A model generated the notes under the pieces. It was given only the letters and a program-made list of their open reading frames with translations, searched no databases and had not been told where the DNA came from. Made by a program: the position numbers and the translations under genes. This document shows positions 30,248 to 40,247 of a stretch of 64,000 bases of DNA, piece after piece. The DNA is from a virus. The stretch covers positions 1 to 64,000 of IMG/VR virus record IMGVR_UViG_3300027788_000010. One strand, 5' to 3'. Numbering within the stretch: the first letter of the stretch is position 1; each line of letters starts with the position of its first letter.

Positions 30248-33200
30248 TTAACTACCAGCTAGAAGTAATAATTCTTCTTCAGTCATTGGTTTAGGTACGT
30301 ATTTTTCAATAAATGTATCGTACGATGTTGCTCCCGGTATCAAACCAAAATAATAGTGATAACCCACACCAGGTGCTATATACCTACTAGATTGTGAAGC
30401 TGTAATTGGTGTGGTGGGTAAATTGATTACCGAACTGTTTATTGTAGCTCTCCAAGTGGTTAAATCTTGTATATTCCCATAGGCTATTTCACCGGACCCC
30501 GTCACCCATTCAGAATCTGTGTATTGGTTAGTCCCATACCCACCACCATTTTTATCCCAAACGTAGAATGGTACGACTTGTGATGTTTGGTCTAGTATTT
30601 CAACAATACATTCTCTAACATCCGAACCAGATTGTAAAACCCCACTATCTTTTTCCAATAAGGGAGTTAGTGTTACACTATCATCTGACTGACCAGAATT
30701 ACCTGGTACACTCACAGAATACTTATAATAAAAAGATTCTCCAGCTCCACCCCATGGTGTGCCATAAATTATTGAATTTGTTGGTGGTCCACCACCTGGG
30801 TTAACAGTACTAGGCCAAGCCGCTTCCCACATAGTATACGTCCCGTTTGGTTTGGTTAACGCTCCTGGTGGCATATATTCCCAAGCTAAGGTATCTACGG
30901 TAAACCATAACATACTTACCATATCCTGTGTCCCAAAAATTTCAACTTCTATTTCACCAGGTGGTGCATAATCGGTAATACCAACTTCTGAAAGTTGTGA
31001 TATTATGGTAGCCATGCCACCATTTAATTCTCTTTGTCTTCCAGGGCCAACTTCATCACGTTGGAAGAACGTCCTCAAGGAAACTTTTTCGGTAAAACCT
31101 TCATTAAAATTAACCACTTCATTGACAGCATCCCACATAAATTCCCCTATCGGACTAAATGTTGTCACACCAATTTCATCCGAAACAGAACAACCTTCCC
31201 TATACCCCTTTTCTGTGCATATTTCACTTATATTTTCTATTACGGGACCTAAGTCCATTATTGTTGTTGGAAAGTGTAAATTTCTCTCATTACCACCCTC
31301 CGCTCTAACATTACTTCTTAAAGCTGAGTCATTATCACCTATAAACGTACCCGAACTTGAACTGTATGGTGTTGACCTATAGTAAAACTCTTGGTCATCA
31401 CTATGAAAAAACACAACCTCACCACAATGTTTAACTTTATATCCGTTTTGGTAATCTTCGTTCGGTTTTAGTTTTGCTTTGAATTGGAACGCGTATAAAA
31501 ACCCACCAACCCAGTTATTACCCCAAAAATAATTCATTAGACCATCACACATAGCTCTAAACACATTTTCTCTCTTCCTCCAATTACCTATACTTTCTAT
31601 AGGGGTTACACTACCACCCCACTGAGCACCAGAAGGTGCAAATGATTCAGCTAGTGTCATAAAAGGGATTGAGTAACATCCGTCTTCTAATCTCATTGAC
31701 GGGTCGTTGGGACTGGCACAATTTAAAAAATCGTTACCTTCCGCTGTGCTATCACCACCACCACCTCCAGCACCATTTAATTCGTCACACCAACCTGTAC
31801 ATTCACCACAACCACCACCATTAGCGGCACTAAAACAACCACATTTATCACATTCTGGATATTTTGTAACTCTCAAAAACATACACCCAAATATATCCTT
31901 ACATTTTTTAGCTTCTTCGTCCTTCTTCGAGCAAGGACAGGTACCACACCTGCAGTGTTTATCCCTCGGACCAGTCCTCCAATAAATCCATTTACACATG
32001 GTACATAAAGCCGAATTAATGACATTTTTAATCCAAGTAATAAACCCCAATATAAATTCAACAATAGTACAAACTAACGCCATAATCGTATAAATCAAAG
32101 TATAGATTACTTGCAACATCCTAGTTAAAAACTGGCTAAGGACTATGTTAAAGTTTATGTTTTTGTTTGCACTGTTCGTTGGGAAAGGATTTGCTTGTCC
32201 GTCACAGGATTTCTCTTCTCTAGGAGCGATTTCTTTTACACCTATAAAACCATCTTTCCTTCTATGTTTCCAATGATTATGAAACTGACTAACAGTATAC
32301 ACCTTACTATATGAGAATTCATAAAAATAATCTTTACATGCTATAATTTCTCCAGTGTTAATTGATGGGTTAGGGTATTTCCAATAATCTATCGAGAAGG
32401 CGTACGAATCTTTATCCACACCACCATAATTACCATTTATATCACTATTGTATTCTTTAATATTTGGTACTAGGAACGCACCTCTCCTTCTTTGTCTAGA
32501 ACTACCAACCGTTTCTTCTGGTTTAATTCTAAATCTATGTTTTGCTTTTGTAGGTACTCCTTTACTTGGGTCTTGTGAAAATGTTCGTTCACCAAATTCA
32601 TTTGTTATAACATAATCTAGGTTCATAGGTATGTTGATTAGGAAAGCTCCATTATCATCTATGTTGTGACCACCATCAATATCAAATCTCTGTAGGACTG
32701 GTATCGTTTTTACCCCAGAACCCAAATTATCTGGGTCTTCTTCTTGTTTAAAAAATGGCGTAAACCTAATAGATTCTATTGTTCCTGGTGCTGGAACCAA
32801 CGAACACAATTCACCCATTTTTGCTCTAGGTCTACAGTTTTTATTTACAGACATTTTAGCTTGGTCCGTACCTAGTGAACCCATAAATACAGCAGTTGGT
32901 TTTACCTCAACCCCCATTTCTCTCAAATCAAAATCAGTCCTAGTTATTGCCGCACCACACCCACTTTCCTCATCACCCCAAAAAGGTCTAACATCTATAA
33001 ATTTTGACATGGTGACAATTTGTGGTAACTTATCAATGTTTGTTGAGCTTTTGAATCTGGCTCCATTAAAAGATGAGGACGGTTCACCTTGTAATTTAAA
33101 ATCTTCCGGCACCATAGAAAAACAACCAATATCAGACAAATCAACATTCATAATCACAGTGTGGTCACCAACAGGGACCCCATAAATCATAAAATCACCA

Positions 33201-33649
33201 CTTTCGTTAGTTTTAACTGTAAATTTATAATATTTGTTATAAACATATTCCATGTCTGGGTTGTGGAATACTTCCGACTTCTCTGGGAAACTACCTGTCG
33301 GTATGTGTCCTGTATAGTTTGCTGTGGACGATAATAGGTTATACCTATAACCTTTTTCGTTTCTATTGTTTTGATTTTTGTATGGGTATATTGACCGTAC
33401 TACCTCATTTTCAGCGTCTACCTTATCCAAAGGTATAAAAACAGACACCTTCGCGTTAGGTATCCCAAAACCACCGTTAACAATCACTCTACCAGCGATA
33501 ACACCAAAATCAGCACAATTTCTTGGGTATACGTCGGTTTGGTGTAGTTGAAGACTTAATATCTCTAACATGTCGAAATCTTGACTTAAATCCAACGTCA
33601 CTTCTTTATCGACACCGATTTCTGTCCTAATCCTTAAATTTTTTGGCAT
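30248..33649 (-). CDS. Large baseplate-associated protein with a transthyretin/carboxypeptidase-regulatory-like N-terminus, an internal hydrophobic segment and a Cys cluster
   Basis: GVIAGRV..GIPNAKVSVF..TVKTNESGDFMIYGVPVG; hydrophobic run VIYTLIYTIMALVCTIVEFILGFITWI; dense Cys follows. Confidence 0.55.
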   Translation of the reverse strand: MPKNLRIRTEIGVDKEVTLDLSQDFDMLEILSLQLHQTDVYPRNCADFGVIAGRVIVNGGFGIPNAKVSVFIPLDKVDAENEVVRSIYPYKNQNNRNEKGYRYNLLSSTANYTGHIPTGSFPEKSEVFHNPDMEYVYNKYYKFTVKTNESGDFMIYGVPVGDHTVIMNVDLSDIGCFSMVPEDFKLQGEPSSSFNGARFKSSTNIDKLPQIVTMSKFIDVRPFWGDEESGCGAAITRTDFDLREMGVEVKPTAVFMGSLGTDQAKMSVNKNCRPRAKMGELCSLVPAPGTIESIRFTPFFKQEEDPDNLGSGVKTIPVLQRFDIDGGHNIDDNGAFLINIPMNLDYVITNEFGERTFSQDPSKGVPTKAKHRFRIKPEETVGSSRQRRRGAFLVPNIKEYNSDINGNYGGVDKDSYAFSIDYWKYPNPSINTGEIIACKDYFYEFSYSKVYTVSQFHNHWKHRRKDGFIGVKEIAPREEKSCDGQANPFPTNSANKNINFNIVLSQFLTRMLQVIYTLIYTIMALVCTIVEFILGFITWIKNVINSALCTMCKWIYWRTGPRDKHCRCGTCPCSKKDEEAKKCKDIFGCMFLRVTKYPECDKCGCFSAANGGGCGECTGWCDELNGAGGGGGDSTAEGNDFLNCASPNDPSMRLEDGCYSIPFMTLAESFAPSGAQWGGSVTPIESIGNWRKRENVFRAMCDGLMNYFWGNNWVGGFLYAFQFKAKLKPNEDYQNGYKVKHCGEVVFFHSDDQEFYYRSTPYSSSSGTFIGDNDSALRSNVRAEGGNERNLHFPTTIMDLGPVIENISEICTEKGYREGCSVSDEIGVTTFSPIGEFMWDAVNEVVNFNEGFTEKVSLRTFFQRDEVGPGRQRELNGGMATIISQLSEVGITDYAPPGEIEVEIFGTQDMVSMLWFTVDTLAWEYMPPGALTKPNGTYTMWEAAWPSTVNPGGGPPTNSIIYGTPWGGAGESFYYKYSVSVPGNSGQSDDSVTLTPLLEKDSGVLQSGSDVRECIVEILDQTSQVVPFYVWDKNGGGYGTNQYTDSEWVTGSGEIAYGNIQDLTTWRATINSSVINLPTTPITASQSSRYIAPGVGYHYYFGLIPGATSYDTFIEKYVPKPMTEEELLLLAGS

Positions 33650-33722
33650 AAAATCTCTTTATATAATAAATACTACTTATTCTAAAATCAAAAATAGGTA
33701 GTATATTAAATTATGTAAATAA

Positions 33723-35558
33723 TTAGGATATGTTTGGTCTGGATATTTGTTTAACTCTAACTCTCACATCAACATCAGGATATCTTATTTGTGGAATTTC
33801 GTCTGGTAGGAAAAATAGTGCTTGGTCTGTGGTTACTATTTTATTGTTACTTGTAGTTGGTTGACTTGTTTTTGAGTTTGAATATCCGTCACCCGTATTA
33901 TTATATACTCTTACATCTATAACATTTAACACCCCGTCTTGTTTTGATACTTCCCCATATACCTCACTTAAACTAATCGTCTCACCCATTTCATGGGCGT
34001 CAACGTTAAAGAATTGGGTAATTTTATTAATAACGTTACCAACTATCTCTCCTTGGTTGGCGTTATTTGTTATGACAATGTCTAACTCCAAACCTAAATC
34101 AATTACATTGGCAGAAGATATTTCTATATAATCGTTTATCATTCTATAGTTGGAAAGGTATTCGGATATATTATTTTTTAGGGTTGAACTTACACTTGAT
34201 GACAGAGCTCCGTCGGGTGTGTACGATAATATACTAACTTTAACCTTATTTTCTATTTCTGTAACACCAACCTTTGCTGCGGCCCCATACTGTGAGGGCA
34301 TTGTTCTTATTTTATTAACATAATCGTTAATAGTTACCGCTCTATTTTGTGCTGAGAAATTAAACGCTATATAATTTCTAATTTCTTCCGTGGACATCTG
34401 TTCGTCACCACCAATAGCTGATGTAACGTTATTAACCTTCAAACTATTTCTAACACTACTATTAATACTAGTAACCGGCCCAGAAACTACAAAATCTAAA
34501 ACCCCTAACGAATTTATAGCTCCAGCTCCCAGGTTAGACGCTTTACCCCCACCAACCCTGTATTGAATGAATAGTGTTGTGTTAGGTCTGACTACAGAAC
34601 CTAAAGATATGTTATTTACGAATTTATTAAGGTTTACTTTCACACCATATTTCGCAAAATCATTTAGTAGGTTTTGTGATTTATTATTACCGTTACCGAA
34701 TGTTAAAAAGAAAAACCCTTCAGGCGTAAATTCGGTAATAAACCTATTTTCAGTTAATATGTATTTACCGGACTTCATTCCGGGTCTGTCCGCTGGTATA
34801 GCTGGGTCTATTTCAAATATTTCAGACTCAGCTAAAGCATTTACTTCGTACCATTTATCATTTTTAGCGTTTATAAATTCTAGGTTGGATGGTAGTGTCG
34901 TGTAACTAAGTCCATTTTTTTCAATTACTGACGTAACCCCTAAAACATTCCTTTCCGGTAAAAACACCTTAGCGAATGGTTTACTATCAATATCTGTTAT
35001 TTCTTTTTTAAATACTTTAGTAACACCATTAACAATCACTTCCCTTTTTGTTATTGTGTAATTTTGGATAATCCCTCTACCGTCAAGATTTGGTATTTTT
35101 GTTCTGTTTGGGGTTCCTTCTGAGGAATAGGGTGAGGAAAAGTCACAATCGTTAATCAATTCAAATATCTGACCACCACCCCTTACTTGAGCTCCTCTTC
35201 TTAAAAACCCCAAATACCTATCATCTTCTTTATCCCCTCTTACTGGTACTATTATTGAAAAATCACATAGTGTTATAGATGGTCTATTTCCTGGTATTTT
35301 TAAACCATAAGTCCTAGCTATATTAAATAAAGAACTTCTTTCTTGTGCTGAGTCTAATACTGTTTCTTGTAACGTCCTATCAATACTAAAATGTAAATTA
35401 TCAGCTACAGCGGCATTTAAATCTAAAAAAACTGAATATATCGAGGAATCGTTAGAGTTCTGTATTAGGTCCGGATAGTACGTATTAGTTAACCTTAGTA
35501 ATTCATTTCTTAACCCTAGAAAATCCCTTTCTGTATATGATATTTTTTTGCTTGCCAT
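33723..35558 (-). CDS. Baseplate wedge protein (T4 gp6 / baseplate J-like)
   Basis: RDFLGLR..L; ETVLDSAQERSSL..IARTYG; LTFGNG; YRVGGG; AIGGDEQ..EEIR; QNRAVTINDY. Confidence 0.9.
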   Translation of the reverse strand: MASKKISYTERDFLGLRNELLRLTNTYYPDLIQNSNDSSIYSVFLDLNAAVADNLHFSIDRTLQETVLDSAQERSSLFNIARTYGLKIPGNRPSITLCDFSIIVPVRGDKEDDRYLGFLRRGAQVRGGGQIFELINDCDFSSPYSSEGTPNRTKIPNLDGRGIIQNYTITKREVIVNGVTKVFKKEITDIDSKPFAKVFLPERNVLGVTSVIEKNGLSYTTLPSNLEFINAKNDKWYEVNALAESEIFEIDPAIPADRPGMKSGKYILTENRFITEFTPEGFFFLTFGNGNNKSQNLLNDFAKYGVKVNLNKFVNNISLGSVVRPNTTLFIQYRVGGGKASNLGAGAINSLGVLDFVVSGPVTSINSSVRNSLKVNNVTSAIGGDEQMSTEEIRNYIAFNFSAQNRAVTINDYVNKIRTMPSQYGAAAKVGVTEIENKVKVSILSYTPDGALSSSVSSTLKNNISEYLSNYRMINDYIEISSANVIDLGLELDIVITNNANQGEIVGNVINKITQFFNVDAHEMGETISLSEVYGEVSKQDGVLNVIDVRVYNNTGDGYSNSKTSQPTTSNNKIVTTDQALFFLPDEIPQIRYPDVDVRVRVKQISRPNIS

Positions 35559-35559
35559 T

Positions 35560-36069
35560 CTATAAATTAATAATTATGAAATCTCTTGTCCCAAACACAT
35601 CGTCTTTTATTGTATAGTCTATAAATATTTTAGCTGTGTATTCTTCAGTACCATCACCAGCCATCCTATAAATCCTATCATCTAAATCATTATCTAGTGT
35701 ACTATTTTGTGCTGATATGGAAGGGTGGTTAGAATTATTTAATTCTTTTTCTTGTTCCCTAATATCTTCTAATGTTTCTATTTTAATTTCGTTTACTACT
35801 ACATTTGGTATGTACTTTTTTATTGTATCTCTTAGTTCAGAATCTATAGCGGCAAATGTTGATTTATCCATTTGGTCGAATATATATTCGTATAGTCCAG
35901 TTCCAAAATCTGGTAAAAAATACCTAGTACCTTTTCTGGTTAATATAAGGTGGATTAGGTTAGCTTTTACCTCTTCCGGTAAAGTATCTGTTGTTTTAAG
36001 AAACAACCCACTTTCACTATCTTGGAATGGAAATGATACACCATACCTTTCTCTTGCTATTATTGTCAT
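35560..36069 (-). CDS. Baseplate wedge subunit (T4 gp25 / GPW-like)
   Basis: GVSFPF; NLIHLILTRKGTRYFLPDFGTGLYEYIFD; IKKYIPNV. Confidence 0.9.
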   Translation of the reverse strand: MTIIARERYGVSFPFQDSESGLFLKTTDTLPEEVKANLIHLILTRKGTRYFLPDFGTGLYEYIFDQMDKSTFAAIDSELRDTIKKYIPNVVVNEIKIETLEDIREQEKELNNSNHPSISAQNSTLDNDLDDRIYRMAGDGTEEYTAKIFIDYTIKDDVFGTRDFIIINL

Positions 36070-36093
36070 ATTAAATAAATACTTTACTTTGGT

Positions 36094-36303
36094 TTATCTA
36101 TCGACTTTCTGGAACATCCCATCTAATACTTGTTCGATAGCCCCCATCAACGCGTACTGGTCACCACCCCAACTATCTTTATGTCGTTCAATTAATCGGT
36201 CAACAACGTATCTTAGGTCTTTTTCTAAACCATCCCATTTATCATCATCACTTGTTTGCCAAGAAACTTCTTCTCTTAATATTTTTTTAATTAGTGTTTT
36301 CAT
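36094..36303 (-). CDS. Small hypothetical protein (possible internal head protein)
   Basis: The likely start is the ATG at 36303 (MKTLIKKILREE). The annotated upstream extension simply spans the TATTTATA motif. Confidence 0.6.
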   Translation of the reverse strand: MKTLIKKILREEVSWQTSDDDKWDGLEKDLRYVVDRLIERHKDSWGGDQYALMGAIEQVLDGMFQKVDR

Positions 36304-36517
36304 TATTATTATAAATATCACCCCTAAGTTCTTTGTTTAACTTAAGATGTTGTGGCCAAAAAGGGCAGTGTTTACAGCCAGACCCACAACAACTACCTCT
36401 TTTTATGTGGTATTTTTCTGTTAAAACCATTTTACCATTTTCTAAATAAAAATCTCCGTCTTGTAACCTATTAAATTGTTCACTATTTTCACTATAACTG
36501 TGTTTCACTAGTAACAT
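36287..36517 (-). CDS. DUF5522-like small Cys-rich protein
   Basis: DFYLENGKMVLTEKYHIKRGSCCGSGCKHCPF. Confidence 0.75.
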   Translation of the reverse strand: MLLVKHSYSENSEQFNRLQDGDFYLENGKMVLTEKYHIKRGSCCGSGCKHCPFWPQHLKLNKELRGDIYNNNENTN

Positions 36518-38393
36518 TTAAAGATTTTAAATCAACATCTAACTCACAAACACCACCTGCACAAGCTAACTCACCAGATAAATCAGTATTATCGTCCAAT
36601 TCAATAACATTAGATAGGTTAACATCGTTTAAAACTTTCATCATTTCATAATACCTTTCTTCAGTAATATCTTCAAACGGTGCTTGTGTGTACGTACCTC
36701 CATTATATGGTAATACCGCCAACCCATTATAGTGATTTCTATTTTCCCACATCCATTCTCCAGCTAAATCCCATTCATCGTCTTTTAAGGAAACTGTAGC
36801 CGAAACATTGTGGGAATTTGAACCCTTTCTATGTCCACTTCTAACCCATTCAGTTGCAATTTTTTTAACCCTCTCTAATAAGTCAAACGGTGATTCAGTT
36901 CTCATAATAGCTCCTGATGGGGCTTTTTGAGGTACTTGTATTACTGCTGTATCATGTGGTCTGAAGTATTCGTCTTCTACTAGTTCCGGATGGTTTAAGT
37001 TTAGATATGTGTAAATAGCTTCATTCTTACCAACTCTAACTCTACGAATATAATAATCGTTATGCCATGCATGAATACCTGATGAAGTTCCTAATGTTAA
37101 AGATGTGGTTCCTGCTGGTTTAACTGTGGTTGTTCTAGCAGCTTGGTTTATGTTTAGAAGTTTAGCGACTCTGGTATTTTCTCTTTTAACTAGACTTGCT
37201 GCTTTTTTAGTGTCATAATTTAAAACTTTACCAGACCCTATACCGGTCATTGATACCCCAATAAGTGCGTCTTTCTCAGTAGTTTCTTGCCATATTTCTC
37301 TTAAATAATGAAATGATGTATACCCCGCTTGTAGTGTTCCTATAAACGCGGCTGTTTTTACTCTCTCATTCAAATCTTCTTGTGATTCTATATTAGAAAC
37401 ATTAACTTCACATAGGTTACAGAATTGGTATGGTCTTAATGCAATCTCACAACATGGATTAGTTCCCCAATCTTTATCATTATTTAGATATATTCCAGGT
37501 TCTCCCGAATTTGATAGTTCAACTCTCTTCCATAAATTCATAAAAAATTCTTTAGTGATTTTATGTCTCATTAAACATGCTGAGTTGTTTGCTCTACCTC
37601 TTTGTGGGTTCAATTCCCACCAATTACCAGCTTTACAACCAATCATTTGTTCGTCATCAGCACTAAATAGACTAATTAAAGCCGCTCTTCTAATTCCACC
37701 CGCTAGTACAGCATCTGCTATATAACATACAATATCATGTACCTCAAGTGTGGTTAAGTGTTCCCCATTTTCTTTTTCCTCTAATATGCCTTCAATCTTA
37801 ACCAAACATTCTTTTAGTGGTTGGGGTCCTGGTGCTTTACCCCCTGAAGTTATTAACCTCGCACCTTTTGCTCTAATATCTGTATAATCAAATTCTACTC
37901 TACTACCCCCACCATTCATATACGATTTCATTAAAACTTTAATCGAATCTGCCCAACCTTCAATTGAGTCTCCAATTAAAAACCTTCTTTTTCTTTTTGG
38001 GTAGGGCTTTTGTATCATCGGTAGTTTAGATACGTGATGTTTTTGTACTGAATAACCTACTCCCGTACCACCTAATAATAGAAACATTGTTTCTGAAAAT
38101 GAATCAACATGGTCAATAGGTAGGTAAGCACAATTATAAATCCTATTAGGTGATATTTCAATAGGTTTACCACCAAATTGCATAGACCTCATTGAAGGTA
38201 ATACTTTCTTATCGTACACTAATTTGTATTTTTCTTCTATCTCATCTATTAAATGTGGGTACGTTTTTATATGCATGTTTTTATTCCTACTTACTAATTC
38301 TTCCCAAGTTTCTCTTCTCTCTAGGGTTGGTAGGTATTTTGCGTATTTCATATACACCGTAATGTCTGATAAAATTTTGTTAGAAATTTCCAT
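36492..38393 (-). CDS. nrdJ: Class II (adenosylcobalamin-dependent) ribonucleotide reductase
   Basis: KYA..RRETW; VLPSMR; YNC; GGIRRAA; TNPCCEI; TTVKPAGT; C-terminal CAGGVC redox pair. No small-subunit gene is adjacent. Confidence 0.9.
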   Translation of the reverse strand: MEISNKILSDITVYMKYAKYLPTLERRETWEELVSRNKNMHIKTYPHLIDEIEEKYKLVYDKKVLPSMRSMQFGGKPIEISPNRIYNCAYLPIDHVDSFSETMFLLLGGTGVGYSVQKHHVSKLPMIQKPYPKRKRRFLIGDSIEGWADSIKVLMKSYMNGGGSRVEFDYTDIRAKGARLITSGGKAPGPQPLKECLVKIEGILEEKENGEHLTTLEVHDIVCYIADAVLAGGIRRAALISLFSADDEQMIGCKAGNWWELNPQRGRANNSACLMRHKITKEFFMNLWKRVELSNSGEPGIYLNNDKDWGTNPCCEIALRPYQFCNLCEVNVSNIESQEDLNERVKTAAFIGTLQAGYTSFHYLREIWQETTEKDALIGVSMTGIGSGKVLNYDTKKAASLVKRENTRVAKLLNINQAARTTTVKPAGTTSLTLGTSSGIHAWHNDYYIRRVRVGKNEAIYTYLNLNHPELVEDEYFRPHDTAVIQVPQKAPSGAIMRTESPFDLLERVKKIATEWVRSGHRKGSNSHNVSATVSLKDDEWDLAGEWMWENRNHYNGLAVLPYNGGTYTQAPFEDITEERYYEMMKVLNDVNLSNVIELDDNTDLSGELACAGGVCELDVDLKSLNVTSETQL

Positions 38394-38397
38394 ATTT

Positions 38398-39777
38398 TTA
38401 TTTTATTTTATTTATTGTTTTTTCTCTTTTTTCTAGAGCGTCCATCACTCTTTTGTGGTTTCTTTGTGTTTTGTCTTCCTCGAAACCTAAGAAAGTTTGT
38501 GTTGATTGTGTGTCTATTTCTAAGGTGGAATTATTAAATGTACAGTTTTCAAATATAATACCATCCTGACCTAACCTAGATTTTGTTATAGCAATTGTAG
38601 CTAGTCCAAGTTCTTTTTGTTGTAACGATTTCGCTATCGAGATTATTACGTGACCAACTTGGGCTTTTTTAATTGACCCACCCATTTGGTCTGTAGTTAC
38701 CACCTCGGAAGATATCGACGACCTATTACCTTGTGCGGCTGTCCAACCCACTAAATTTAACTCATGGCACATACCTTCAAATTTTCTCATGACAGAACCC
38801 TCACCTTTCCATTCATCATTATAACTTTTATCTGGTATAACACAATCAATATAATCTAAAACCACAATATCTAATTTAACTCCTTCTGATGTTATTTTTC
38901 TAATTTGGTTTTTAATTTGTGGTATTGTAAATTCATCTGAAGCTAACTTTTTTAATATTAACTTTCCTTCTTGTTTTTGCATCTCACTAGCCTTAGCTAG
39001 TACTTTTTCTTTGTGGTCACTTAATTCTTGTGGTGGTATGCCGGTCCAACAAGTAAAATGTTTTCTTTGTATTATTTTAGGGTTATCTTCAAAAAATATT
39101 TGTAATACGTTGTACCCCATATTAAAAGCTGTATTAGCAAATCTTGTTAGTATTGTAGTTTTACCCACACCAGTTGGTGCTAATATTACACCTAACTCTC
39201 CTTTCGCTAACCCACCATTTAATAAATTGTCGATACCGTCTATACCAGTAGGGATTGGGTGCCTATAATCAACTTCAAGAACCTCTTCTATGTTTTGGAA
39301 CACCTCTAGGTTTCCGTCATTATTATCACCTATTGTTATAGCTTTTCTTATGTATTCTTCACATTTATCATAACTTTCAAACTCACCCTTATCTAATATC
39401 TTTTCCACCTTCCTAATAGCTTTTTGTAATTCTTGTTGTTTACAAAATTTTATTGTTTTTTCTTTTATAAATAAATGGTCATCAAAAGATGATTCCTTAA
39501 CCTCCTTTAAAGTATCTATTACGTTCTTTTTAGCCATTTCAGAAGAAATTTCTAACTGTGTTAATTGTTGTAGTCCTTCAAATGTAGGTACGGAATCGTA
39601 TTTATCATAATAGTCTTTAATAAGTTGCATTATCAACTTAAAATATTGATTATCAAAATATTTTGGTAGTATGCTATCTATAATCGAGTTAGCGAAAGAT
39701 TTGTCTATGATAATTAGGTGTAATATTTTTATCTGAAAGTTATACCCTAAGTATCCGAAATTTTCTATTTTATTCAT
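38398..39777 (-). CDS. Replicative DNA helicase (DnaB / T4 gp41-like)
   Basis: IPTG..GID.LLNGG; Walker A APTGVGKT; Walker B VVLDYID; WTAAQGNR; KSRLG. Confidence 0.9.
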   Translation of the reverse strand: MNKIENFGYLGYNFQIKILHLIIIDKSFANSIIDSILPKYFDNQYFKLIMQLIKDYYDKYDSVPTFEGLQQLTQLEISSEMAKKNVIDTLKEVKESSFDDHLFIKEKTIKFCKQQELQKAIRKVEKILDKGEFESYDKCEEYIRKAITIGDNNDGNLEVFQNIEEVLEVDYRHPIPTGIDGIDNLLNGGLAKGELGVILAPTGVGKTTILTRFANTAFNMGYNVLQIFFEDNPKIIQRKHFTCWTGIPPQELSDHKEKVLAKASEMQKQEGKLILKKLASDEFTIPQIKNQIRKITSEGVKLDIVVLDYIDCVIPDKSYNDEWKGEGSVMRKFEGMCHELNLVGWTAAQGNRSSISSEVVTTDQMGGSIKKAQVGHVIISIAKSLQQKELGLATIAITKSRLGQDGIIFENCTFNNSTLEIDTQSTQTFLGFEEDKTQRNHKRVMDALEKREKTINKIK

Positions 39778-39814
39778 ATAATATGGTTTAAAAATAAATA
39801 GTAATTATTACTAT

Positions 39815-40243
39815 TTAAAGTTGTTTATCTAGGTAGTAACTAAGAGTTTTTCTCATTGACAATGTGTCAGTAAGTTCTCTTAAAATATATGATATTTTAG
39901 GTCTTATATCCACAGAATACCTAACTTTTGGTGGGTATATGTCGGCAGGGAAAAGTCTAGTCATTATTATTTTATTCCCTCTTTTTATAAGTATCGTGAA
40001 ATCTTCGTTTTCTACCTGTGGTTTTGTCACGTCGTCTTTAAAATATTCATCAACAATATCTACAGTTTTTAAAACTAATTGTTTAACAATCACGTCTTTA
40101 ATATTTTCTACAGCCCAATAAAGGTCGACTGACTTTAGTGTTTTATGGTTGTGATTCCTTACTGTGAAAAATCTTTGGCATATGATATTATCTTCGATTG
40201 ATAATACGAACTCAAATTTTTCTTTCTCTTCTGTTTTTTGCAT
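39815..40243 (-). CDS. Hypothetical protein in the replication block
   Basis: The likely start is the ATG at 40243 (MQKTEEK), just after the exonuclease stop at 40248. No motif recognised. Confidence 0.6.
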   Translation of the reverse strand: MQKTEEKEKFEFVLSIEDNIICQRFFTVRNHNHKTLKSVDLYWAVENIKDVIVKQLVLKTVDIVDEYFKDDVTKPQVENEDFTILIKRGNKIIMTRLFPADIYPPKVRYSVDIRPKISYILRELTDTLSMRKTLSYYLDKQL

Positions 40244-40247
40244 TTTA

